A DNA stretch of 63,943 nucleotides, the filler included, from Reticulomyxa filosa (taxonomy: Eukaryota; Protista; Foraminifera), in assembly GCA_000512085.1 (NCBI GenBank). It is 18 parts of 18 records of this genome, joined end to end, with 100 filler letters (N's around TTAATTAATTAA, not from the genome) between each part and the next. Parts side by side here need not be neighbours in the genome. Positions count along the whole stretch, not along the records: positions 38,990 to 44,468 come from ASPP01001812.1; positions 44,569 to 45,825 come from ASPP01001790.1; positions 45,926 to 47,438 come from ASPP01009126.1; positions 47,539 to 50,013 come from ASPP01022598.1; positions 50,114 to 52,569 come from ASPP01022229.1; 13 more parts are not named here. One strand, 5' to 3'. Below, in pieces: positions 39,468 through 50,895 of this stretch (position 1 is its first letter; each line of letters starts with the position of its first letter). The notes below the pieces were generated by a model, which was not told the DNA's origin, did not search any database, and saw nothing but the letters and a program-made list of their open reading frames with translations. Made by a program: the position numbers and the translations under genes.

Positions 39468-40695
39468 ATGGGTAATCGAAATACAAGTAATGCTTCAATT
39501 CCCTTTCGAATGTTGGAGGATTTGCCCACTCCACTTTCTCGATCTCAATGTATGCTACACAAACACGAACTCCTCATTTGTGGAGGTTACCTTCAAAGCA
39601 AATGTTATTCTTATCATACACTCAAAAACGAATACAAGTTTATCTGTGAGTATCCAAATGATGTTACATTAGACGGGCACTGTGTAGTGAAACTGGCAGG
39701 CAAAAATAAAAACAGCAATGAAATCACTTTGTTATCTTTTGGTGGATTTCCAAACCATACATTGATAATGAAATATGTAAGCGTTTGGAGTAGTGGCAAT
39801 AAAATAAATAAGTCAAACAATTGCAATCAATGGATTCCTTTCACAGACAATCACAATAACCCAATTATTATTGAAAGAGATGAAAATCACTATTATGGAG
39901 GAGTGCGTGCGGTGATTGGTGGAAGCAACGATCATTTATTATTTATCACTTATAAAGATAATAATATTAGCGTGTTTAATTTAAATACATTTCAATTTGT
40001 TAAACATGAGACCTTACCAACTAGGGATATTATATGGTTTCATTGCTTTGTATCAAACTCAGAAAATGGACAAGAAATGATGAAAGCAAATGAAGGAAAA
40101 AAAAGAAAAAAACCATGAAATAATACTATTTTGTTTTAATTCAGGATTATCAATTGAATATGATGAAGATAACAACACTTTTCAATTTCATCAACTATCT
40201 GTTTGTGAGGATATTGCACCATTCAATGGATATGCATATGTGTGTATCAATAGTACCATCTTATTCTTTGGTGGATACTGTTTTAAAGATGGAGTTTTTT
40301 CAAAATCAGTGTACAAGTATTCAATTCAAGAAAACAAATGGATGACATTTCCAAACATGTTACCCAGTTTATTGGAGAGTTGTATTGCAATATTGAATGA
40401 AGAAAACTTTGATATACACATCATTGGAGGAAAAAATGATAAGGATATCACATTATCAACTCACATGAAAACGAAAGTGCGTTTATGGGATCCTTCACAG
40501 TTGGTAATGATTTGTTTTTCTTGATCAATCATAAATAAATTTTATATTGCGTGAAACTGATTAACAAATAATAATAAACAGTCGAAAAATGAGATGAAAC
40601 GCATTATTCAATATTGGATTCGAACTTTAAAGATAAAATTAGGATGGATCGCTGATTTTGATCAAATTATTTTCAAATACAGTAAAATGAAATAA
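39468..40695 (+). CDS. Kelch-repeat beta-propeller protein (frameshift in an A run)
   Basis: LLICGG, LLSFGG, AVIGG, ILFFGG, IHIIGG repeats; MGNxxxS-like N-terminus; frameshift at ~40097-40112; last exon 40582-40695 IIQYWIRTLKIKLGWIADFDQII. Confidence 0.8.
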
Positions 40696-41203
40696 TTTAA
40701 AAAATATTTTTATTTTGGGCTTTTATTAACGTTGGTAAATTTTAAAAAAAGTTGCAGTGTGTCTGTCTAACAACTTTTTTTAAAGATTTTCAAAAAAATT
40801 GATATTTTAGTCTAAGAACAAAAAAGTTTAACAGCCAGAACAAGTAACAAATTCAATAAATAGCAACAATAAATACTGTAAACAATTGTTATTACGCGTT
40901 AAAATATTTTTTTAACATTTGCTAACATAATATCTGAATACTTTGGATTACCGTTTGTTGTAGTAGACTTCGCAAGTGAATAACGTGTTCAAATTTAATT
41001 TTTTATTCACTGTTATTTTGCTAACTTAAAAGATAGCTTATTTTGGTCTGTGGCATTTTTATGTTAAAAATATTTAAAGTATCGAAAGGATTATGTAACT
41101 TTATTTAAAAAAATTTCCTAATTAACTTAAAATTCAACAAAAATAAAAACATTATAACATTTTTTCTTAATTTATATTACCTTTATTCCCTAACAAAAAA
41201 ATG

Positions 41204-41809
41204 CAGTAAATAAAAAAGAAAGTTGACACCTGAAGATGATCGATTTCTCGTATTCCTGAATTTGCCAATTCTTTTTTAAGAATTTTTGTAAGATATCTTG
41301 TGAAAAATTTTTGTTTGCTATCTTGCATTTTAATTATTTGTTTTTTAGTGAACATTTTTGTTTGTTCATGTTTTTTAAGCAGTCATTTTATTTAAATACA
41401 AGACTTGATGTAATTGCTTTTGAAACGACAGCTACTTAATTTAAGGTCTTATAGTTAAAATCTTCAGAAACTTGATATTTTTTTCTTTATAATCACTAAA
41501 TTGCTTTGTTGAAAGAGTCAGCAAAGATCCCAATAACGCAAATAACGAATGAAAACCAAGTAAAACAACTAATGTAACAAAATGCATAAAACATTTTCAA
41601 AAAATTAAAAATAAAAAAGATGAGTTAAACAAATAACACGGTCAGATTTAAAAAAGGGCGGAAAAAATTTCGAAAGATAAAAATTAAAACAATATTTAAA
41701 AACTACACGATTTGTAGGTATTTTTAATGAAAAAATTTTTGATTAAGTGCTGTTTTTTCATGGAGAAAATCAATCATCTTCAGGTGTCAGTTTTCTTTTT
41801 TATTTACTG
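41204..41809. mobile_element. MITE-like element (606 bp) with CAGT...ACTG termini
   Basis: CAGTAAATAAAAAAGAAAGTTGACACCTGAAGATGATCGATTTCTC (41204-41249) is a near-perfect reverse complement of 41763-41809. Right flank TA, left flank TG. Confidence 0.8.
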
Positions 41810-42457
41810 TATTTGTAAATGTCTTTACTTTTCTACGTTCAACTTGATTCTATCACAAGGTAATAAATTATCAAGTTTGTAGTTTAAAATATGAAATTGG
41901 TTTAGAATAACTTTTTCTAAGTCAAAAACATCGTTTTTTCACATGTTTTTCAAAATTTCTCAGGAATGCACATAAATCAAACCTGTTGACAAGATTAAAT
42001 TTTAAATCGTTTTGTTTTTTTTAAGTCTTCAAGTCACGAGATACTTTTTTAAAAGATTTTCTTATATCTTCGTATTTTTTAAAAATTATGCGAAAGTTTA
42101 ACTTATTGAATTTTTTTTGTGAATTAAGTTTTAGCGTTGAAATTTTATTTGATGCAAAGTTTTTTAATTTTTTATTTTTGTTTTGAGTTTGTGACAGAAT
42201 TGATATATTGAAATTAACTATCATTTTAATAATCTAAACAATAAGATACACTGTTCAGAATATCATCTTTTGATATTTTGTCATAAATTTTATAATTGGT
42301 TTCATTACTTATCTTGCATCCGTTAACAATTTATGTTTATACTTTTCACAAAAGATAATGGATCATTTGTTTTGAATATAATTTATTTAATTTGCAGTGT
42401 TTCTAAATCGAATCTTCAAAATAAAAAAAGGGTTATTTTAAGGTTAACTTTATCATC

Positions 42458-44468
42458 ATGTTTGCACAACTTCGACAAATGTTCCCCAAGATAGATGAGG
42501 AGATCATTTCAGCTGCATTGAAAGGATTTAATCAAAATATTAAAAAAATACAAAGTTTATTAACATGGCTAACTGAGAACACGTAACAATAAATTTCTAT
42601 TATTTTTCTTTCTTTTTTATATACAAAAACATCAAATTATTGATCTCATATTTAAGTATTAAAATATTTACATGCAGCACAAATTTACAGCAACAACAAT
42701 ATTTGATGCAATTATTCAAAAAATTTGGCAATCAATTTGAAAAAACGACAATATCACAAACATGGAGAAATTGCAATCAAATTTATGTTGATACAATCGA
42801 GAAATTAAACGAGATTTTTGCAACTTCCAACTTAAATGAGTTAAATGTAAATCGAATGTACATGATCATTTTAAAATAAATAAAAAAAATACGTAATAGA
42901 TCAATAGAAGAAAATGAATTTAAAATATTGAGAAGAACGTGTTTGCATATTTTGTGGAATATTTTGAAATACCCTAAACATATCAAATATCGTCAAATTA
43001 ACAACCAAGCTTTATACAGCTATTTATTTTCAAGATGTCATACATTAGATGCAGATTTTGGAAAAGTATTCATATTTATAGGAAATAATTTACAAGGCTT
43101 TGGATTCAACAAAGGAAACAATGATAATTGGTATTATCGATATGATCATATTCAATTATTATATTTGTGGAATTGTTACGAACATTGGATTAATCAACAA
43201 GCCATGTATTGTTATGTATTTGTGTTTAATAAGACAAATAATATAAATGATATGACCAATCATATTAAATAGATATAAAACAAGATTAAGTATTCCAAGA
43301 AGAGTGTGCATGTTATCGAATGGAAAATGGAAAGATTATTTTAGTGTATTTGATTATGAACATCGAACAATAATGCTATTTGATAAAAATAAATTAAAAA
43401 TAAAATCATTACAACTTGGAAATCCAAAAAAATCATCATTGGAATTCAATATCAATATTCAACGGTATAATGATATTGATATTGATCACACACACGCCAA
43501 ATGGGCTTATCTCATTCTCAATCATACTTGGCACTTCCGCACAATGACAACGGTGATAGGGATGATTTATCAAATTGTGTATCAGTTAATGAAAGTAAAA
43601 CATACAAATATCTTTATCAATTATTTGTTAATTGTTAAGTTGTCACGCTTACATTTCAAACACACAGGAGCTCAACTCCTTCCATGTCATTTGGAAAGCC
43701 TTTGATAATACGACACACAGAATGCCATTGAATCCATATTCAATGACTGTCAAAGAAGGAATACAACATCTACAACATAATTTACAAATGAGAAGTCATT
43801 TTATAGATGGAACAGATGAATTAATACGTACTGAATGCAAATTTGACAAATGGATACCAAGAATATCAAAAATGAATGACTCAAGTGTATTACTACATGA
43901 TATTTACAAACATCTTCCTCATTATCCAATTATTCAAGTACGCTGGGAAATATATTGTTGGTTCATGGTACCCTACAAACGCGCAATTGGTATTGAAAGA
44001 AACAATATACCAAAAAGTGGTGAATTAGATATTGAATTTACAGTATCCGATCAAAAACCTAAATTCAATCCATTATTGTATGAACGTGATCTGCACAAAC
44101 TTAAAATTATTAAAGATAAAGTAGAAATAAGGGTAACAGTAGACAATTCATTGCAGAAACTGTTGCATGAAGTAATAAAAAATGAGCACTTGTGTGATTT
44201 AATCACACCCCAATATCAAGATAAACAAAGAAAAAACAACTTCACGAAAAGATTAAACAACAAATCAATTATAATGAAAAGAATAAAAATGGTGAATTGA
44301 TATTAAATGATTTGATATTAACAATATTAAATGAATTAAAGATATTGTATCATGATGATATTCATAAACAAATGGGATATCCACTTCAATTATGGCATAT
44401 TTGTGCAATTTTATTGTATTGTGGTAAATCATGTAATGTTCAATTTAGTTATGATCAAATACAATTTA
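42458..44468 (+). CDS. CUE-CUE-PUB-(PH-like)-(Ubl-like)-ART family protein, 3'-truncated, with frameshifts
   Basis: MFAQLRQMFPKIDEEIISAAL...NQNI (CUE); LHILWNILKYPKHIKYRQINN...LQGFGF (PUB); LLHDIYKHLPHYPIIQV.WEI..WFMVPY.R and IHKQMGYPLQLWHICAILLYCGKSCN are shared with the 34942 ORF. Frameshifts near 43550 and 44230. Confidence 0.72.
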
Positions 44469-44834
44469 NNNNNNNNNNNNNNNNNNNNNNNNNNNNNNNN
44501 NNNNNNNNNNNNTTAATTAATTAANNNNNNNNNNNNNNNNNNNNNNNNNNNNNNNNNNNNNNNNNNNNTGCGATTAGCAAAAAGAATTTGAATATCTTCT
44601 TATTTTTTTTTTGTTTTTAAAACAGTGTAAGTAACGATTCTGCTTTATATGAGGAAGTGGCAGTCTTTTTCATTCAATTGAAAAAGAGGAACTGGAAGAG
44701 AAAAAAATATATACGTCAATAACATAGAGAAAAAGAATAAATCACAGCATTTGCGCAAGGCTTTTTTTTTTTTTTTTAATTCAAAATAACTAAAGAAAAC
44801 CCTTATATAGGATATTACAAAAAGGAGTAGGAAA

Positions 44835-45825
44835 TCAGTATTGGTCTATGCCCAATTTGAAAAAGCAGGGGTCATTAGCAACAGACCAAGCATTATTATC
44901 GATAACTTCTTTGAGGGAGTCGATGAACATGTTATTCCATAAATACTTGTCCAATTCTGATTCTTTCACTTTCTCTTCTTCGTCTTCTCTATGCAAAGAT
45001 TCTTTATTCTGTCTTTGACACATCTTCGAGGTCCACTTCTTGTGTCACACGCACGAACTCGACATCTGTGTTCGCGTTCTCAGCATCTAAAAGGAAGGCA
45101 GAGTGTGAACAGGGCCCCGTCAAACAAGTTATCAATGGTATCCACAACTTTGTTATTGTCATTTCGAATCTTTTCGAAAAGCTGTTTGCAAACACGTATA
45201 CGTTATCATTACAAAAATAGAGCCACTACAAATATATATATATATGTATACGTATATGTAACTTTGCGATGTTCGGCTTGTTGTTGTAGCAATTGCTCCA
45301 ATAAGTGATTAAGGTAATGCGAGGGCATGTGTGCGAGACTTTGGCAGGATGAGAAAGGGCGATGGACGCGACTCACGTTCATCGCGACGAGCCCATTGGG
45401 TGTTAACGAAAGGGATACGAAGAGGATAGGTTTCGGTGATGAGCGTTGCACGACAATCGACCCTGGGGACAAGCGTATCCTTTCTGGCAGTGTCCACTCT
45501 TGCTTCACAGTTTGTGTGGCAATATCTCTACAATCACAAGTGTGTGTGTGTGTGCAATTGTGATGGCGAGATTGAGGTCGAGATTGATACTCGAACTGCG
45601 AATATGCAAAGAAGAACATTCCATGCCTCGGCGACGTAGTAGTCAAAATGGAATGGCAAGTCCATAGCACTTTGAAATGAAGCAAAATCTCAGATTTGCA
45701 CTTGGTTTGGAGGCATAGCAGACCATGTAAGGACTGCTCCCCCCCCTCCGTCAAACGTGGTTAGATTCCACAAATGTGCGATGGGAATGCACTCGGCGTT
45801 CCAAATCGTCAGCATGTTCTTCTTC
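44835..45825 (-). CDS. Hypothetical protein, 3' fragment
   Basis: Chain of minus-strand ORFs with a (TA)n intron near 45195-45260. No family recognised. Confidence 0.45.
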
Positions 45826-45925
45826 NNNNNNNNNNNNNNNNNNNNNNNNNNNNNNNNNNNNNNNNNNNNTTAATTAATTAANNNNNNNNNNNNNNNNNNN
45901 NNNNNNNNNNNNNNNNNNNNNNNNN

Positions 45926-45966
<41 letters not shown>

Positions 45967-45985
45967 AAACAGTAATACAGAAAAA

Positions 45986-47406
45986 TTATTGTGCCCATAA
46001 TCCTGTAAATTGATAAAAGAGAAGATCAGCGTGTGCAACTTCTTTCATGGCATGAAACAACATTAAATCGAATTGATTTTTTTGTTTAAGCAACTTCCAT
46101 TCTCGCACACTGACATGATCTTTCAAAAGATCACTGGACAATCGAACACGAGTTTTGGAGTCCCTCTCATGGAGCCACCAATTAATTTGTTCAGGAGAAT
46201 GGTCTTTATTGCCATTGGTGTATTGTTTCAAAGCATGAAAAGTGAAATTCCACAAAGGGTGTGTAAAACCAATACCGAGGTCAACTTTCATAAATGGATC
46301 TTGAACAGAGCCAGACGAAGTAGTTGTGGGCTGTGTTTGGAATGGCAAGATAAAATGGCATTGCAAATAGGTCATCAACGCATGTTGGAAATGTTGCATT
46401 GTGATTTCATTGCTTGCGGCGAACAATGCATCGTACGTATACCACTTGTGTTTATGCTCAAACCCTAATGTCCGCGTATATATATTATTGAACTGTGCCT
46501 TAATGGTATATATGTTACGGTGTGACAGATCGGAAAATCCACAAGCAATGGCAAATTGAGACTTTTCAAGGGTTTCACCAAGATACCATATTCGGTATTG
46601 TCGAGAATCCTGCCACATGGCTTGTGCAGAGCGACGAAACCATGGCTCGCAGCGCCACATTGATGACTCGTTCTGGCTCTTGTTCGTGGGTTCGAAGTCA
46701 ATGTCAATAAATTTCCGGTGATGTTGGTTCTCATTTATAAACAGTTCGGAGAGAAAGCCGTCCATATCTTTCGCATCTTGCCACTGAGAAAAAACATAAT
46801 CTTTGCCATTCTGTACATATATATATATATACATATATATATATGTACATATATTTATTTGACGTTTCAATCTTTAAAAATGTTACCTTTTTTTTTTTGT
46901 TTTGTTTTGTTTCTCTAATGATCAACCTGTCGTATATGAAAAACAAATCCATCACAATAAAGTTCTTGCCAATTGGGTATAGTAGTATCCCTTCGTTTTA
47001 AGTAAAAAGCAGGAGCGAAGCTGCCCAAATTGGACTGTCCGACAAAGGAAACGACCTTTTCTAAGGGTTCTCGAAATGGAACAATGTACTGGAAGTAGTC
47101 ACATAAACGAGGATACCTCATGGCAAGGTTGGACGTGTTGTTCGATCCTCCGAACACGTTGGATTTAGCCACGACAGAGATACTCCCTCTGTTGGTTTTT
47201 TGTCTCCAGCGGAGGCCTGTGGACACATCCGCCAACGCATGTTGTTGCTGGCACGTCGTTGCACCAACATCGACAAATCTGTACACCACACCGCCCATCC
47301 CTCCTGCAAAGTTGCACGTGCCACCGGATGATACCTCCGCTAAAGGTGTCAATCCAAGTGACAACATTGTGCCGCAAACACTAGTCCCACCGCTTTTCTT
47401 AAACAT
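45986..47406 (-). CDS. Sulfotransferase (Golgi carbohydrate sulfotransferase-like), 5'-truncated
   Basis: FKKSGGTSV (PAPS 5'-PSB loop), YIVPFREPLEKVVSF (3'-PB motif), NNIYTRTLG and C-terminal KNQFDLMLF. Intron at ~46815-46950. Confidence 0.75.
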
Positions 47407-47538
47407 TTTTGCAAAAAAAAAAAAGTGAGTTCAAAACTNNNNNNNNNNNNNNNNNNNNNNNNNNNNNNNNNNNNNNNNNNNNTTAATTAATTAANNNNNN
47501 NNNNNNNNNNNNNNNNNNNNNNNNNNNNNNNNNNNNNN

Positions 47539-47637
47539 TTTGTCTTCTCCTGTTGGTTTTTTTTTGTCTATCTGTGGTGGTAAATTTTCGCTTTCTTCAT
47601 CAATATCCATCGCCACATATTCAGTTTTGCACTCCAT
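47539..47637 (-). CDS. Possible gene start, truncated by the contig edge
   Basis: ATG-started frame MECKTEYVAMDIDEESENLPPQIDKKKPTGEDK runs off the contig. Confidence 0.35.
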
Positions 47638-48047
47638 TTGGAGTTAACCTCGCGAATCAAGTTGCATGAATTGTTTTGTTCCTTTGTGAGACTGTCAATA
47701 TTTGCCGTCCAATCTAAGCAACCACAAACCAAATTCATTCTTCAAAACAAGACAACGCTTTTTTTTTATATTTAACGTTAGTATCTGGAGAAATCGGTTC
47801 TCTAAGGTTTTGTCGAACAGTTCAAGAAAGGAACACAAACGAGAACGAGAAAAAAAGTAAGTTTAAGAAAGGTGTTCTTCGGTAAAACAATTTCACGTTG
47901 CAAATTTGAAAAAAGAAGAAAAAGCGATTTGTGATGTTATAAAAAAGATCAAATAACATAAATTTCCTTAAAAAAGCACCTATTCTATCTTTTACTTTGC
48001 AATTTTAAATAATATATTTTTTACAATTATTTCTGAGGTAAAAAATA

Positions 48048-48661
48048 CAGTAGAATGCAAAAGAAAGTGGACACCTAAAACGGTACATAGAGACGACTGG
48101 CTTTTCCATGGAGAAGCAATATTTAAACCAATTTTGTTTTTATCTTAAAACGATATTTAAAAACTACACGATTTGTAAATATTTTTTTGATTTTAGTTAT
48201 TCTTTAATTGTTTCAAAAATTTCAGTCTTTTTTACGACAGCTTTTTCTTTTTCAAAGAACTTGAAGTTTTTTGAAATTTTTGCTTTTTTTGTGATTTTGT
48301 CGTCATTTGTTTTTTACTCTGTTGATAGTTTTGTTTTTAATATATTTATTCAACTTATTTTGTATTATTCATTTTGACTGTAAAATTTTATGAAAATGCT
48401 TAAAAAAGTCAGCAAATTCATGGCCACTGTACAGACACGACTGCCAACCTTTTCCCAAATTTTAAAAAGTAATAAAATGTTCAAATTAACGATTCGTAAA
48501 GATGTAACAAAAAACTAAAATTAAAACGAATTAAAAAACTACACGATTCGTAGTTATTTTTTTAAGATGAAAAAAAAATTGGTTTAGATATTGTTTCTTC
48601 AGAAAAAACCAATCATCTCTATGTGCTGTTTTAGGTGTCAACCTTCTTTTGCATTCTACTT
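48048..48661. mobile_element. MITE-like element (614 bp) with ~100-bp TIRs flanked by TA
   Basis: TA|CAGTAGAATGCAAAAGAAAGTGGACACCTAAAAC... is the reverse complement of ...GTTTTAGGTGTCAACCTTCTTTTGCATTCTACTT|TA. Same family as 41204 and 79. Confidence 0.82.
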
Positions 48662-49018
48662 TATGATAAAACATCTCCAAAAATTTTTAACTTTTTATTT
48701 TATTTTCAAGCTGAATAGTAACATAATATTTGATAACAAGTTTGTTAAAATTAGTATCTTAATTGACTCGAGGTTCAAACACAATGTTTTAAAATTAATT
48801 TTGCAACTTGTTGTTATTATGAGAACGTAAACTAGTATTAGATATTTCCGCTGAACTACGTGTCTTTGTTTCTCCTTTTTGTATATTCAATTTTAACTTT
48901 TGGCTTCGTAATTTAATTTTTGAAAAGATAGTCAGACTAAAGTGTTTTTCTTTTTTCATTAAAAAATTAAAAGATAAATTTATAAGCTAATCCAATTGAA
49001 GAACAGTTTGACGATAGT

Positions 49019-50013
49019 TTAGGGTGAACCATGTGCATCAATTTTCTGATAAAGTAAAACAGTGGCATTAGCAAAGTTGTCACATGACGGAGAAGTATCT
49101 TCAAAGGAAATGTAACTGTCATTCATTTTATACCATTCCTTATCGTAAAATCGACGAACATGAGCAATATAATGCCCAAAATCCGAGCTACTGCCACTAT
49201 GATTACATACTCCACACAACTGATAAGTTTGTGAGTTCAAAATGAATTCTTCTTTAAAGGAAACATTGTGATTGTATTTTGAAGAGCTATGCGAATAGGA
49301 ATTAGTACGCGACCAAGAAGGAGAATGGGTAATAGCAGAAGTAAAATTATACTGATCAGTTTTGGCTCTTTTCAAATGAATAATCAGATATTGTGGACCG
49401 ATCAATAGTTTTTTTTGCAAAGTAATAGTACTTGTATGTTTGCAATTGCATTCAAAGTTCCAGTTCTTCCCATGTGCATATTCAATATCCAATACTTGTT
49501 GTATACATTCATCCAATGAGTGGAGGCAGATTTCATCTTGGTTGAACGTGGGCATCTGTGCAAGGACATGCCCAGCGCATTGCTGTAACAGTTTGCGATC
49601 GTGCAAGGATGAATTAAGCTTGTTTGCAATAGATTTAAGAATTGAAATTTGTTCTTTGATAAAATTGCTTTGAGAAATTGTTGAAAAAATGCGATAATCG
49701 ATGATACAATCATCACAAAATTGCATCACAATTGGCAATTGTTTTAAACCACGTGGATTTTCTTTGCCTTGCTTTTGGAGATATTCTAAAAAGTCCTTGA
49801 TATTTTTTATGCGTTCAAGCTCTTCAACAGTTGCTCTTGCACTGGCTCCACTCTTGCAAACTTGTGACTCGTTCGAAAGGAAATAAAAGTAAAATTCCCT
49901 TGCCATGGCATCACAATCAAACTGCAATGTTGAGTCATACTCCTTGTTCTCGTCAATGTTGTTGTTGCGATTTGTATTGTGTTTATTGCTCGCATTACTT
50001 TTCTCATTTTGTC
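49019..50013 (-). CDS. Ubiquitin-specific protease (peptidase C19/USP), 5'-truncated
   Basis: PQYLIIHLKR, His box YQLCGVCNHSGSSSDFGHYIAHV, WYKMNDS and ATVLLYQK. The Cys box is not in the contig. Confidence 0.9.
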
Positions 50014-50113
50014 NNNNNNNNNNNNNNNNNNNNNNNNNNNNNNNNNNNNNNNNNNNNTTAATTAATTAANNNNNNNNNNNNNNNNNNNNNNNNNNNNNNN
50101 NNNNNNNNNNNNN

Positions 50114-50619
50114 AAACAGACGGAACAATCCTAAGAAACATGGGAATATGGAAAAGGTACAGAATTGAAGAGAATGCAAACTGTATCATCGAACAATGAT
50201 CAAAAAGTATTTTCACTTGACAACAAAAATGACAAATTTTATTTTGGAGGGGGTGATGTTCAGTTTTGTGATCACTTTGATGCGGTATTTAGTGCATGTG
50301 AGTCCTCTCAGATAGTCTCAAGCGCACACACACTCCAGCCAATGGTATTTACTTTGGTCACATTGAGTGTTTGGTTGTGAAGTTACCACAAATGGATTTT
50401 TTTGCGATGAAACTGATCATAATGTTGGGTGGATCTTTGCTATATTGTGCGCCCGAGTATCGTGGGAAGGGTTTGTCACTACAAATGATTCGGAAAGCAT
50501 TGCAACACTTGAGCACTTTTGTTGCTTGTGTGTACGTATTGGTTGTCGCTAGCAATGACCATGTTCAAAAAATCTGGCTTTTGCCACCTCAAATTTGTTG
50601 GCGAAAAAGAAGGATTTAG
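50114..50619 (+). CDS. GNAT N-acetyltransferase fragment
   Basis: LYCAPEYRGKGLSLQMIRKAL (acetyl-CoA motif A) followed by VLVVASNDHVQKIW. Frame continuity is unclear. Confidence 0.6.
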
Positions 50620-50895
50620 ATTGATGAACTGCTTACTAATTAATAAACCATCTTCATAGAGATCTCATTTCCAAAAGGATTATTGTTAACAATACATTCA
50701 TTTTTTTTTTATTTGATGGATGCACATTTGCACTTATTTTAATTATAACTAAGATTTTTTTGTAAGTATGTCCTTACTCAATAAACTCGGCATTTCTATA
50801 CATCTTATGAAATTCATGTAACATTTTATAAATGCACTCGTTTGCCCACAAACTTTTTTTGTTTTTCTCTTAAAATGACTTTATTGCTCATTTGA

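Noticed and set aside
33161-40112. Frameshifts at A/T runs as programmed frameshifting (also ~6540 and ~7464)
   Set aside because: All sit in homopolymers of a draft assembly; sequencing error or pseudogenisation is simpler and cannot be excluded without reads.
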